A DNA stretch of 64,000 bases. Origin: Calcarisporiella thermophila CBS 279.70. Lineage: Eukaryota; Fungi; Calcarisporiellomycota. Below the pieces are notes generated by a model. That model worked only from the letters and a program-made list of their open reading frames with translations, was not told the DNA's origin and ran no database searches. The position numbers were made by a program, and so were the translations under genes. Each line of letters opens with the position of its first letter. The first letter of the stretch is position 1. Shown here one piece after another: positions 49,315-63,626 of the stretch. The stretch spans positions 97,687-161,686 of the forward strand of contig NW_027192214.1 of the NCBI RefSeq assembly GCF_041956535.1, read 5' to 3'.

Positions 49315-50991
49315 ATGTCTACAAAAATTGCCCGCCCAAGACAATCCAATTCGATGCTCACGACTGAAGATGAGCGTGTGGTGACTGTACCAAGCCAAAT
49401 GCCCGTCGATCGCCCCAAGCAGAAGCAGCCCAATAGTGCGTATTGTACACTAATTGCTCTTTCTAGCTCAACTAATTCTCAACACTCACCTAGGAACCAC
49501 CAAGACAAGTCACAAACTTGCTCTATTTCCTGATGAAGAGGCAGTACCTCAACAAGAAGATGGGTTTTTCATGGACGATGTCTACAATCAAATTATGCAA
49601 ATACCTTCTCACAGCCGATTTGAGACTGAGCGACTGAGCAAATTAGATAGGGCCAAATTGCCCCGTGTAACTGCATATTGCACAGCATCGTGAGTGCACT
49701 TACTGAAACCAGTGATTCTCTGGATTATTTCTCATGTTTTGTAAAATGCAGGCAGTACAGGATGAAGGATTTAATGAAGGCCTTGCATGCAAGGCACAAT
49801 ATCAATGGAACAGCGCCAAAACGTCTTGACGAAGCGTACTTGTTTTTTTTTTGAAGCCTCGCTGATTTAGAGCTAACTCTTTTTGCTAGTATATATACGC
49901 CGTACAATTTTCCATCCTCCAGCGCACCCCTCGTGGACTATTCAGAGGAAAATGCTGCTAATACACCAGAAATTTTCTTTTTCGACTATGGTGTCGTCGT
50001 GTTTTGGGGCATGACGGAAAGCCAAGAGTGCGCTATTTTAGAAGAACTGACTGGATTTGAGGAGGAGAAACTTGCAAAAGAAGACATAGAAACAGAGGAG
50101 TTTCGGTATTATTACAACGCGTTCGACCAACCAAAGTAAGCATGTATTTGAACAGGTGGAGTCTGTGGCGTATATTCACTGTTAGTTTTTGTAAGGATCT
50201 ACAACGACGTTATAACCCTGCGAAATCCCAATAACTATATGGTGAAGCTCACCATCTCCCATGCCATTGCGCAGTCTACCAAGGTAATTGGTGTGGTAGT
50301 AATTGAATTCAACCCTGTTGCGACTAAAGTTTGTCCTCTAGATGACACTATTTGAAGGGCTAATTGAGGACACGATTGAATCCACTAAGCACATTCCTCA
50401 GGCTATGGCAGAGAGTGGCAAGGTGCATATGAGCAGGTTCGTGTATTAGCCCGATTTTTCATATTCTTATTAGAGGATTTTGAACCTTATTCTGTTCAGA
50501 ACTGCAATAACGAAGAAAATCGGACAACTGTTTATTATGCGAATCAACATTAATCTTGTCAGTAATATACTGGACACACCCGAAATATTCTGGAGTGAAC
50601 CTGCTTTGGAACCTCTCTATATTGCCATTCGACGCTACTTGGAAATTGGGCAGCGAGTGGAACTCCTCAATCAGCGTGTAGGCGTTATTTCAGACTTGTT
50701 GGATATGCTTAGAGAGCATTTGACCAGTTCTCATGGTAGGCGCCTGTGAATTTTTCTATATGCATTTCGTATTCACTTGTCTCGTGAATTGTATGTCATC
50801 TCCAGGTGAGCAGCTGGAGTGGATCGTTATTGTATTGATTATTTTTGAGATCGTGATAGGTAACCTTATTCTCAATCCCACACTGACTTGAATGCCGATG
50901 CTATATTTTTTTTTTTTTCAACTCAGGTGTTATAACAATAGCCATGGATGCGGCAAACTATACCAAACGCATAAATCAGGGTCGCTTGTAA
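49315..50991 (+). CDS. RMD1: RMD1/Sif2 family (DUF155) protein
   Basis: LPRVTAYCTAS, FFFDYGVVVFWG, KLTISHAIAQSTK, RRYLEIGQRVELLNQR, LEWIVIVLI. Confidence 0.92.
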
Positions 50992-51580
50992 ATTTTTATT
51001 CTTAGTAGCTATTCACACGCAATATACATTTTATTGGCTTGGCCTATACTTGATTGTAATCTTCTTTATTTCGTAGAGTTTTTATTTTCCCTGCATGTCT
51101 CAACGCGAAAAAACATGCTCTTAAGAATATTGATTATCCTTCATGGAACTTGATTTTTTTTGAAAATTATCTACCCTCCAAGTGGGTTTTGTAGTTCTTT
51201 TTGAAATTTTTCGCTATTCCCTTGCTGGAATGAAAGAGGTGAACGCTCGAAAACATATACCGCCAGGTGCTATAATGGGCTTGTTGTGATACATAGAACT
51301 TGAGGCGTATTTTATTTAAAAAACTTGGGTTTAACAATTCGAGGATGAAGTTTCCGCGAACAACTATAGTCCAGTAGATAACGCTATTAGATATAGATAT
51401 ATAAAAAAGTATGCATAAATAATGAATGTGAATTAAAGGAATATGAATGGGTGCTGAGGAAGGGGTAGGGGGTAACGAGGGTATAAATAAATTTCTCGGG
51501 GAATAAATCAACTAAAGTCCAATAGTACGGGCACCATACGCATAGGTGAATAGGGATAGGTGATGGTGGAATGATATTGT

Positions 51581-53484
51581 TCAGTACAAGCTCTTTCTCC
51601 TCTGATGCCGCTTCTCCTCTGAAAGACCCTGTTCAGCGTCTCGCTCTTTCCATTTTTTCGAGCTCTTTTTCCCGCCCACTTGATGAGAAGCAGAACGCCG
51701 TCTGTTATCAATCTCTCTTTCATAGCCTTCCTCTGAACCACTGTACTCCCAATCATAGTAATCTGGTGGGTACCGATACGCCCTCGGAGGCCAATGCCTC
51801 GGCGGGTAATAATATCTTAGATACTCGGCATCATCTATTGAGGTGTACGTAGTGTCCATTGGATCGTAGAAATCGTCCGCGCGTGGGTCAAAATAATGGC
51901 GGTGCAAAGACTGCGAGCGTCTTCTAGACGGAGGATGGGCTGGTCGATATCCATGAGAAGAGATGTAAGTGGGGAAGCTTCGGCCGTCGAGGTCCTCGTA
52001 CTCATCGCCATAATAATCATACTCAGGACCCCACGATCTCCTGCTTCTTTCTCTCTCTCTCACTCTCTCTCGGCCTCTCTCTTTATCTCGCAACAGCCCT
52101 CGATCAATGAGTGCCTGTTCCAATTGCTGTTGCCCCCTGGCGAGCTGCTCCAAAATCTTCTGCTCGCGCTTTCGGTGCTCTACTTCGCGCCTGTAAAACT
52201 CGTCTCGTTTCAGCCGTAGATCATTCAGCTGTTTCCTAAGATTCTCCAACTCCATATTTGGATTAGTTTTCGCGCTTGCTAACATTCCCGATGGCGCAGG
52301 GGTAGACCGCTTCTTGATAGGTGGAGAGGGCGGACTTTCATTCTGTAGCGTGTTCTGCGTCTCTTTCGCGCTGGGTGGAGACACCCTGACCTTGCCGGAA
52401 CTTGCGACGCTCCCGCCCGCGACAGTATAATCGCCGTCTCCTGGCCGAGCCTTTCCGGATATATTACCAATGCTATCTAATTTGGGACTCTTTGTCGCTG
52501 TATGGGCGTTACTCTTCTGTGGACCTTGTCTTGGTGAACCTAACGCTACCGGGCCGGGAGGGAAGCCTGGGGGGATACCTGGGATGAAGCCGGGATGCAT
52601 TCCTGGCGGGGGAAATCCAGGCATTCCGAAATAGGCCGCATGTTTTCCATGCGGCGGCATGGGTGGGAGCATGTTCAAAGGATGCCCCGGCTCACCAGCA
52701 AGCGGTGGCAAGTGCATCATTGGAGGTGGAATATGCGAATTCTTGGCTGCAAACATCGGTGATCCCCCCATAGGAAATCCCATCATGTCCGATTGCTCTA
52801 GTCCGTCAAAGCTGAACTGGCCAGCACTGCTGGGAGCTTGAGTGGGGAGAAATCCAAACGGCTGGGAAGAGGTCGAGGGCTGGCTTTCTTGACTTGATGC
52901 AGTCGCTATAGAATTGGCGCTGTGGTCCTGGAAAGTGGGCTGATCAGATGCACCTGCTTCAGCCGGAGGAATGCTTTCAGTTCCGCCTCCACCTTGCTGA
53001 CTGCCAAGAGTAGGATGCGACAAGAGGTTAGAACCATTATCCGATATATTTCCAGCGCCGCCAAAGCTGGCTGAGGGATCAAAATTCTCTTGTGAAGAAA
53101 AGGCTTCAGCACTAGGCTCGGAAGTGGTCGCGGGCTGTGAGCTTGTGTTTGTCGGAGTCTCAGAGTAAGACGATAAATTCTTGCTTTGGGGAGAGTGATG
53201 CCTTGCAGAAGGGCTGTTTTGCACAGGCTGTTCTGGAACTGAAAGATCGCAATTAGAACATTTAGTAATTTTGCGAAAACATTCCAAGCCTTACTTGGGG
53301 GAGATGCTTCGACCCTAGTTGATGAACTATCAAGCGACCCAGCTGGGAAAGAATCGTCTGGCTGGCTGACGCCACGAGATTCGGCTTTGTTCTTTTGGTC
53401 AACCTTTTCGGCAGCCGATCGTTCCTGAGCTAGCATCCTCTTCTCTCGCTCGCGGCGTGATCTTTCAACAATGAGTTTGAGCAT
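51581..53484 (-). CDS. Hypothetical low-complexity protein (S/P/G-rich, coiled coil, Y/R/D-rich C-terminus)
   Basis: Long open frame joined by a GT-AG intron (about 53240-53295) to an exon starting MLKLIVERSRRERE; no domain recognised. Confidence 0.7.
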
Positions 53485-53973
53485 CTCTAACCATATCAGC
53501 AACAAAAGCGTTAATCTGTAATCATGGGAAAATGCATTTTGTGAAGTTAATTTACCCAAAACCGTGAATTAAGAGATAAAGAAAGCAGTAAAACGCACAG
53601 AGTATAGATTTTGACAAGGGTATAAATATGTTTAAAGAAACAAGGGAAAAAGCCTAATAAATTAAGGATTAGATGGAGAGTCCATCACTTTTGTTGGGTA
53701 GGTGGATAGTGAGTGGCAAATACAATAGGAGAAAAAACCCAAGAGAACAAAGTTCGTTCCTTTAGTGATAAACCAGGTGTGGCTAGAAGAGATGGACAAA
53801 AACAAACTCTTGAACTCCGTTGCTGCAATTGGGTGGCGCAGTGGCATCTTGTTTGCGAATTTTGGCTATCGAAACTCTTAAGCTCTCTCGGCCAGTCGCC
53901 TCACGCACGAGACCTTGGCAAGCGAGAGCCGTGCCTGCTATTTGCGATAATTTCCTGATTTATATTTTACAAG

Positions 53974-55570
53974 ATGCTAAAGCTGGCACGCTTAAGGATA
54001 ATGCAACCTCTCCGTTGCCATTACCAGCAGGAGGTTGTATTTGTCACGACGGCACATCGTCGCCTATTGACTAGACCGCTACGGAAATTTCATCAATCGA
54101 GAGTGTGCTGCGTAGAGAACCAGAAACGTGAGCGATTAGCAGGTAAAGGGTTAACGTTATTGCAAGTAAATTCAAAGTTTATACATTGATGTGGACGATT
54201 TCCCCTCCTTAAGATCAAGTTAGGAGAGCATGGAATTCGACAGAAACGAAATGGTATCCTATACCCATCGGGCTTGGATTGGCGGTCATCGGTTTTCAAC
54301 ACTATTTGCATGTTCAGAAAAGAGAGAGGGAGCAAAGGGAAGGAAAGGAAGGGGATGAAGGTGGAGACAGAGCTGTCATAGTAGGGCCTTGGCAGGTAAT
54401 CTCGTCGTCATGTTTAGTATGTAATGCGTAGTGCCAACTCGCTTTTGCTCTTAGGTCCACGTTGCCAGTGCTCTGCCTCTTCGTTCCATTTCTAGGCTTT
54501 GGGGTAAACTGAACGAGCTGACTCTCCCTGTTCCCCTACGTGCTCCGCTCTATCGCCTCTATAGCTGGGTTTTTGGGTGTAACCTTGATGAGATTGAGGA
54601 GGAGGATCTTTCCAAATACCCAAATCTTTCCGCTTTCTTCTATCGAAAACTTAAGCCTGGGGCACGACTGATTGATGAAAAGGCGCCGTTGGTTTCTCCA
54701 GCTGACGGAAGGGTTCTTCATTTTGGTATTGTGGAAGAGCAAAAAATCGAGCAAGTAAAAGGGTTCACATATTCCTTAGACGCCTTTCTGGGGAAGCAGA
54801 GAAGGGGGGAGGTGAATCTGATCGAGATGTCGCATGCAGCCAATGTAGCTAAGGAGCAAGAGTTTGCAGTTGTTAACGGCATATCATATACGCTTGACAC
54901 GATGCTTGGAAGTGAGACCGAGAGTGAAATGGAGAAAAAAGAAAAGTCGGACCTGATGCCAGATGCGACTGCACCCGAGCACAAAGCGAGTCTAATAGAA
55001 GAGTTTCAGACTGCTGCCGAGGTATCACTCTCACCTCCAACAGCAACTACTCACCACAGCACGCGGGCGGGTAACGCAGTGTATTTCTGTGTCATCTACC
55101 TTGCTCCTGGTGATTACCACCGCTTCCATTCCCCTACAAATTGGGTGTGTGAATCGCGGCGCCACTTTGCCGGAGAGCTATTTTCTGTTTCCCCATACAT
55201 GGTCTCCATCCTTAAGGACTTGTTTGTGCTAAACGAGCGCGTTGTACTTCTCGGTAGATGGCGGTACGGGTTTTTCTCGATGATCCCTGTAGGCGCCACA
55301 AATGTGGGATCTATCAAAATCAATTTCGACCAGAAGCTAAAAACAAACCAAAAGGAGTATTTACAAGGGGGAACTTTCGAAGAGGCATCGTACAGAGGTG
55401 CGAGCAGATTGCTCGGTGGAAAGCCCTTACATATGGGAGACGAGGTAGGTGGGTTCTGCCTAGGATCCACCGTAGTACTTGTATTCGAGGCGCCGATAGG
55501 CTTCAAATTCACCGTGGAGGCTGGGCAAAAAGTTCGAATGGGACAGGCGCTTGGATCGATAGAGAATTAG
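53974..55570 (+). CDS. PSD1: Mitochondrial phosphatidylserine decarboxylase
   Basis: VSPADG, YLAPGDYHRFHSP, VGATNVGSI, LGST autocleavage motif; N-terminal presequence. Confidence 0.96.
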
Positions 55571-55850
55571 GTCAAGCAATCCAAATCAAACTTCATAGAG
55601 TTATTTCCCCGTTTGTTTATTTCTGAAATCGCCTGAAAGTGTATTCCCTATCTGTTCATATCCAATGCCAATCTTCATAAAATTTACAGCATAATAAAAT
55701 AGATGCAAAAAAGCGAGTTGCAACACATTGCGAGGCAATGCTGCTCTATTTCTGCATACTCGAACTTTAAACATCATGTCCCAGCTTCATACATTTCACA
55801 ATCAGGGGAGAGAATTTATTATATTATTATACAATGTCGACAACAAAATT

Positions 55851-56702
55851 TTAAAGAGTTGCACCATATGCCTCGGGTAACCGCTCGATTGCATACTTGT
55901 GGTTGGCGATATACATAATGGGGATACCGGGGATCTTGCGTACACGCCGCTTCAAGTCGCGATCGCATGTTGCCACGATGTAACACTTATGTTGCATACA
56001 ACGTTCTACAATACAATCGTCAGCATAGGTTCCTTTGTGTGTGCAAGGGAGACGCTCAAAACGGGGATCGCGAGCCACCCTATTTGAAATTTTTAACTAT
56101 CAATCAACACCATATCCAACTATTGCTAAGTAGTATTTATGATAGACGAAAAAGTCACTCACCGGAGGGCTATACGGAATTTAGGCCCTAGTTTTTCCAA
56201 TTCCGCCATTACACAGTCAGTGATGCAGGGAATAGACTTCGCAAGCAAACAATCCATCATTGCCTTCACCATCTCAAGTTTATTTTGGAGTGAAAAGTTG
56301 ATGAAATTGGTATCTACTAAGACATGGTAAGGAGGACCGAGTGCTGTATTGTACTTGAAGAAGAGAGAGGAGGCAACCTGCGGACTAATAGCGATTCGGG
56401 GTCAGAGGGTTTAAACTTAGCGTGATCAAGTAGATCCAAACTTACATATTACGAACAAGTGATTTTTCTTTTTCTTCTTCTTTCTTCTTTTGCTTCTCCT
56501 TGTTGTCTTTCCTATAAAATGTAATTAAAGAGTAAGAGCCTGTCTAGCGAAGTTCGAACTGATGACAATTACAGCCGAGTGTCATTGGGATTGATTAACC
56601 GCTTCACATCAGCAAATTTTCTTGTCTTCTTTGCTTTTCCCTACAGTGAATGAACCGTTAATCTCATTTAGAATACAATATTAAACGGCAGCTGGTTACC
56701 AT
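55851..56702 (-). CDS. FCF1: rRNA-processing PIN nuclease Fcf1/Utp24
   Basis: M|[48 protein letters not shown]. Confidence 0.96.
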
Positions 56703-57384
56703 TTTATTTTTAATAGCGATCTGTTAGAAACGAACAATGTAGAAATTAATTATAAACAATGATGGAAAGCAGTCACAAAATATCAATTTTCCAATTTAAT
56801 CCAAATATTCAAAATTAAATAAATGTCAACGTTACCGAGAAAGTCGCCCTTCGCAACAAAGGAAAAAAACAAAAAAAAAACAAATTGGAGGTGAGATATA
56901 GTAGAATATCAAATATAACATTCAGATTTTAGTGCCTCTCTGTACTGGAAAAAATAATAGTTTGATGAATTATCGCTACCCTTATTTGGATTTGAAAACT
57001 AAGATAAATGATGAATCGACCGATTGTATATGTGGGCGAACACAAACGGGATCTTGAACAAGAGATAGTAAAAATTCTGTGAGATCCTTATTCATCCCCA
57101 ACCTTTATTCCTACAATAATAGTCCTCCAATAATGCTCTTGTTTTTTCACCACATCAGCCTATAAATCCCTAAAGTTCAAATGACGAAAAATAAGATCAA
57201 ACCCACGTGTTCATTAATATATATCTGATTATAAAATATTTCATACGATAGTGAGAGTGCCCTTGAGCATTGAATAATCTTGTTAAATAATTTTCAAAAT
57301 AGCATCATAAACTCTATTTCCATGTCGATATTAGATCATTCATATAAATAAAATTTATTTGTTTCATCTATGTCCATCTACAAT

Positions 57385-58456
57385 TTATTTTCTCTCTTCT
57401 GCTTTGCCTGAATCGTTCACGTTTAACAACAGGGTCTCAGAGTCTAGTAGAACCTTGTTCGGAGAGCGTGCTAGCGTAGCTGCAATTTCCCGTGCCGTTT
57501 CAATTCTTCGTAGTTCTAAGAAACCAGGCTTGTTCTTGATAGCCTCACCAATCAACTCAGCACTCTTAGCTTCACCCTGGGCCTTGATGATGGTTGACTG
57601 CTTCTCTTGTCTTGCCCGGTCCACCACAAAGGCAGCACGCTGAGCCTCCTGCTGAGCAATCTGCTTAGCCTCTACAGCGTGAGCGAACTCAGGGGAAAAT
57701 GTAACATGGGTGATCGATACATCATCCAAAACAATGTTAAAACGGAGTGCACGGCGAGTCAGGTTTTCACGCACAAGCCGAGAAACGCGCTCACGCTGCG
57801 TGATCAACTGTGAAGCATTGAATTGTGCCACCACAGATTTAAGCACCTCATTCACGATAGAGGGCAAAACTCGCTCATCATAATCATGGCCAAGATTACG
57901 ATAGATTGTGGGGAGAGCATCCACGCTGGGGCGAGAAAGAACACGGCAGGAAATATTTACCATTTGCAAATCTAATGACATTTATGTAAAATCGTCAGAT
58001 TTACTACTTCAACAATTTTAGAGTACACTAGCGAAAATGATAAGAAAGTTACCTTTAGTGCCAGTTAACGAAGCAATGGTGGTTGGCTTGGCTCGAACAT
58101 CGTATATGATGGGGGTTTCAAACCATGGAATAGCGAGATGAGTACCTTCACTGAAGATTGTGGGCTGCACACCAAATATACGTGAATACTTGATACCACG
58201 ATGACCACCATCGACTAGATGGAAAACAAGATAATTCAGTTAATACTGCAAATAAAAATCACTTCAATTGTCCCTTATGTCAGGGATTGTTGAAGTAGAC
58301 TAAAGGTGACTCACCATTGAACAAACTAGCATTAATGCCGTATCCTACAGCGCCAAGCCCGAGCAGTACACCCGATCCAGTCAGTAGACCCTTACCAGAG
58401 CCCTTTGGGAACATACTACCCAGCTTATTAAATGCCTGCCTTCCCTGTTGGGCCAT
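57385..58456 (-). CDS. PHB2: Prohibitin 2
   Basis: FN|[66 protein letters not shown]. Confidence 0.95.
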
Positions 58457-58663
58457 GTTCTGATCTCCAATATACGTCTAATGTTAATATTCCAAGTTGG
58501 AGTCTTGACGAGAAACCGAGATCAATTGTTGCTTTTCACTGCTTTGTCATTCCCCTGCCATCTATTATGAGGGACTGCTTTGTGACTGTCTATTAATGTT
58601 TACATCCGCGCATTCCCAATTTTACTTGAATTGTCTTGGTAGAGAATTCAACCTGAAGCCATA

Positions 58664-61571
58664 ATGACCATTAAACCGCCCCATAAAAAAAAGAATAGAT
58701 CTACGGAGGCTCGTAAGAGCAAGCGAGAGGCAGAACTGCAAGAGCTGAGAGATCTAGAGGAGAAATGCAAGGATCCGGTAGGTGGTTTCCTTGTGAAAGA
58801 TTTTTTACTTCGGCAACAACCGTTAATCCGACTATTTCTTGCCACTCTAGTCTACACTTGTTGATCTTAAACAATTCTCTGAACTTCCTATATCACCTAA
58901 AACTCTTAATGGTTGGTGAATCGTACATTTTATCTTCAATACCAGAAACTCACTTTTCATCCTCCTTCCTCATAGGTCTCTCAAAATCTAATTTTGTCGA
59001 AATGACCGACATTCAGCGCAAAGCCATTCCCCTTGCCCTGGCTAATCGTGACGTGTTGGGAGCAGCTAAAACCGGAAGTGGTAAAACCATTGCTTTTCTG
59101 GTCCCAGTATGTATAGTATATTTTGCATGTAAGAATAAGAATCACTAATTTTGACAATATCGAATAGATGTTAGAGATTCTATACCGAGCAAATTGGACA
59201 CAAATGGACGGACTAGGTGCGTTAATTATATCGCCAACGCGTGAATTGGCAGTTCAGATATTTGAAGTTTTACGTAAGATTGGCCGCTTTCATGCATTTT
59301 CAGCAGGGCTTATCATTGGGGGTAAAGACGTGAAATCTGAGCAAGAGCGTGTCAATAGAATGAATATCCTTGTCTGCACGCCTGGACGTTTACTCCAGCA
59401 TATGGATCAAACTGCAGGTTTCGATTGCACCAACCTTCAGCTCCTTATACTCGACGAGGCCGACCGCATCCTTGATATGGGATTCGAAAAATCAGTCAAC
59501 GCAATCATTGAAAATTTACCACCCAGAAGGCAGACTTTGTTATTCTCAGCGACCCAGACAAAGAGCGTCCGTGATCTGGCAAGATTGAGTCTAAAAGACC
59601 CAGAATATGTAGCTGTGCACGAGAAACATGAGTACTCAACCCCACAGACTTTGAAACAGCATTACTTGGTCAGTGAGCTTCCGGACAAGCTAGACATATT
59701 ATACTCTTTTATGAAGTCACATTTGAAAGTAAAAGCACTGGTGTTTTTGTCAAGCTGCAAGCAGGTAAATGCTACGCTTAATTGCATATATTTATACACT
59801 TTTTTATTTTCGACAATGATTTACCAATAACCAAAATGTGCTTTTTTTGTTAAGGTTCGTTTCATTTTCGAGACCTTTTGTAAGTTACAGCCTGGAGTTC
59901 CCCTGTTGCATCTCCACGGTAAGCAAAAGCAGACTCGACGTGTTGAAATTTTCGAGCGCTTTAGCAAAATGCAGCACGCATATCTGTTTGCTACCGACAT
60001 CGCTGCACGTGGACTAGATTTCCCTGCTGTTGACTGGGTTCTTCAAGTTGATGCGCCAGAGGATGCAGAGACATATATCCATCGAGTGGGTAGAACTGCA
60101 AGATATGAAGCAAGTGGGCAAGCACTGCTATTCTTGCTACCAAGCGAGGAGGAGGGAATGGTGAGTGCGCTGGAGAAGAAGAAGGTGCCCATAGCTAAGA
60201 TCAAGGTGCGACCGAATAAAAAGATGAGTATCAGGAACCAAATGCAAAAGTTCTGTTTCCAGGACCCAGAGATTAAATATCTCGGACAAAAGGTAATTTT
60301 ACCATTTCAAAACATTCTACTGTCTGTCATCGAGTACAACCTCTTGTTATTCTTCAATAGGCTTTCGTCTCGTATATGCGATCGGTCCACCTGCAGAGAG
60401 ATAAATCCATCTTCAACGTCGAAGCTCTCCCCGCAGAAGAGTATGCCTTTTCCCTTGGGCTCCCGGGTGCACCTAAGATTAAGTTCATTAAGGTACATCA
60501 CTTTCTAATTCGCTTAACAATATGAAATACTTGAAAGACATCTAATGAGCCAACCCTTTTTACCATAGAAATCCCAAGCGAAGAATGCAGTTCGAGCTCA
60601 ACCCAAGCCCATCCCAGGAGCTGAATCTGAATCCGAGTCTCAGTCCGAATCGGAGGCTGAGTCAGCGGAGGAAGCCGAACCTGAAGTCAAAAAACAAGTT
60701 AAAACCAAAGTTGATCGCATGTTTGGTCGTAAGAATCAAGGCGTGCTTTCTGAACACTACGAGAAACTTGTGGACCGTGGGGAGGATGCGAAAGCACAAG
60801 GCGGAGAGGAGGATGATGATGATTTCATGACACTGAAGCGAGTTGACCATGAGCTAGAGAGCGATGGTGAGAAAGAGGTAACGGCATCTTGTAATTTGCG
60901 TTGGCACATATCTCAATACTGACCTCGATATCCAACTGTAGGAGAATATACCCATGTCGAAGCGACAGCTCAAAATGACCAAAAAGGAAAAAGTCAAGAA
61001 AATGTCAAAGGGAGAAAAGCTTCTGTTTGACGAAGAAGGAAGAGTAAGTGCTATCAGTTGGAAGATCTACACTCCCAAGCTTAACTCACCCAAACGTCCC
61101 ATTATTTAGCCACATGCTGTGTACGAGTTTGAAGACGAAAAATCGTTCCTCAAATCTGGACAAGCCTCTGATCAAAAGCGAGCCTTCCTTGCCAAGACTC
61201 TGGAGGCGATGCAGCAAGCAGATGTCGAAGACAAGCTTACGGCGAAAGAGAAGCGTAAACAGAAGCGGCTTGCGAAGAAACTCCGTGAAAGAGAAATGCG
61301 AGGAGAAGATGCCGGAGCTATGGTTACTCTGGCGTCTCCGGAATCTGATTTTGAAGATGCAGAGGAGCATGGCGACGATTATTCCGAAGATGAGGGAACA
61401 CAGGAAAAGAGCAATGGTAAACGATGGTTCCAGCAAGATTCGGATGAGAGTAGTGGAGAAGAGGAGGTAGAAGCGAAAGGCCGGAAGAAGAGAAAGGTGA
61501 TCGAAGTGGAGCAACCTGAGACCCTCGAGGATCAGGAAGCATTAGCTTTGCGTTTGTTGGGTGGAAATTGA
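58664..61571 (+). CDS. DBP4: DEAD-box rRNA helicase Dbp4 (DDX10)
   Basis: [38 protein letters not shown]-terminal [12 protein letters not shown]. Confidence 0.95.
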
Positions 61572-61862
61572 TACTGGATGTAATATTCAATTTTTTTTTT
61601 TTGTAAACTTCATTTCGCTTTTATTATTCATTTTAATAGACTCATGATCCGATTAATCTCAATAGCAAAACATCTCTTAGCAGTAGATGAAGATCTACTA
61701 AGCAAATCCTATATAAAAGCTGAATTGGCCAGATATTTTCAGAAAAAAAATTGAGCTCTCACAATATCGACCATCTGACACGCACACACACACACAAAAA
61801 CAAAAACAGGTATTTTCATAATATTATAGGCAAAAATAAGTTGTGGAACGCCAAAAAAAAAC

Positions 61863-63626
61863 TCATGCTCTTTCCATTAGTTTCTCCAGCACAAAAGATG
61901 CACTTAAACGTTCATCCTGTATTATAGTTGCAGCTCTCTTGAATTCGGCTTGCACACGAGCCCATGCCTGAGGAGTAACAGCAGCCGTCACATTTCTTCC
62001 GGTTACGAAAGGATCTTGAACACATAGAGTCGCATTGCCAGCTTGCTCGCTCACCCATGAAACTCTACTGAACCGCCGATAAACGAATTGTCCACTACTT
62101 ACGCTCACTAAGAAGGATTCGGGATCAAAGTGCTCGCCGAAGTAATAAAAAAAGTCCTGCAGAAGCGAAGCGACGCTAGCCTTATTCTTAGGACCATTGT
62201 ATTCCTGAATATGCCAGGAGCGAGTGAACGTTACATCGTAGTAACCCTCCTCACCCTCAGTTCGATGGTATTCTCTGATGCGTTCCTTCCAGAGGCTGGT
62301 CTGTTTTTGCAGGTTTGGTAGCACCGGTGGACGGGTGGTTTGCAAAAAGTTGATCATCATTAAGGTGTAAGCATAGGAATTGGGGGTTCGGTTATGGGTT
62401 GGATTATTGATTCCACGGCATCTAGCCCACCATTTGACAATGCGAATCAAGGTACGCACTCGAGGATCGCAATCACAATAGTACTGGATAAGTTCTGTGT
62501 TGATTGGACTGAGACGGTGGTTAATAGTAATATCCCCATGAAGTTCCCTGCAGAGAAAATAAAAGGTGTATTAGAGAAGACTACAGATTTCAGAAGGTGA
62601 AATCAAATAGTTACAATTCGGGGTCGTAAAATTTACAAACAGGAACACGCGCTCTTCCAATTGGAATCACGTTCTGCATGCCCATTGACCGCAATAAGGA
62701 GGCAATAACTTTCATTTTGTAGTAACTTCCTCCCGAATACGAAAATTGATCATCGTCCGTCGGGTATAAGCGACCACGTTTGTCATAACGCTCATCTTGA
62801 GGCACCATTACAACAAAATCGGTGTCTGATCCATCCAGTACTAGACCATTTAGTGCAGAACCATACATTAATACGGTGAGGCCGGCACCAGGCCACCGTT
62901 TCTCAAAGGCATCATCGAGTTTATCCCATAGCTCATGGCGACGTGGGTGCTCTTCTATATCCTTGACCTCTAGTTTCTAGGAGGCAACGCTTTTTTATAA
63001 GAGTCTGTAATACAAGACTTAACCTTTAAAAATTTTCCTGGTAATGTTACCGCTGAATAGTCTAGAATTGCGCGTGAGAGCTGATCGTCATCTCCTCTCG
63101 GAGGAGTCCGCGGAGAATATCTTGGGAGGAAGGCTCTTATCTGAAAAACCACTTGTTCGGGATTGAAGTCATCTACTTCTACATGAAATTGATCACTAAA
63201 ATGCTGCGTCTCCAATAAAGCTGTTAATCCTCCTGCATTTGCTATCACATCCCCTGCCCATGGCACTTCCGCTCGCAAAATCTTGCCTAGTTCAGAGAGA
63301 GTTCCTATCATAAGTCTCTGCATCACCTGCATCAAATCCTCTTGCAATTCAAATAGATTTCGCAGGCGCACTGCCCACCTATTGGGACAATGGCGGTTAG
63401 AGGGATCGAGTAGTACAAAATGACGCGGGAAGCGCTGAAGATATGATTTTAATCCGCCATAAGAATTGAGTACATAGCGTAAACCCACGTCGTTGAATTC
63501 AGAATGGAGAGTCTGCCCGAGTCGATCAAGTGTTATGAAAGGACGAGGGTGGATGGCAAGTTCATGCAGTATGTAATTGAGAAGTAATTTATCCAGTTGA
63601 TCACGTTCCCAATGCATTCCTGGCAT
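61863..63626 (-). CDS. Cid1-family non-canonical poly(A)/poly(U) RNA nucleotidyltransferase with N-terminal tandem winged-helix-like repeats
   Basis: YGS...DTD, ARVPVCKF, GDITIN (third Asp), WARCRGIN...SYAYTLM, PAP-associated VQDPF...RNV; two introns. Confidence 0.9.
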
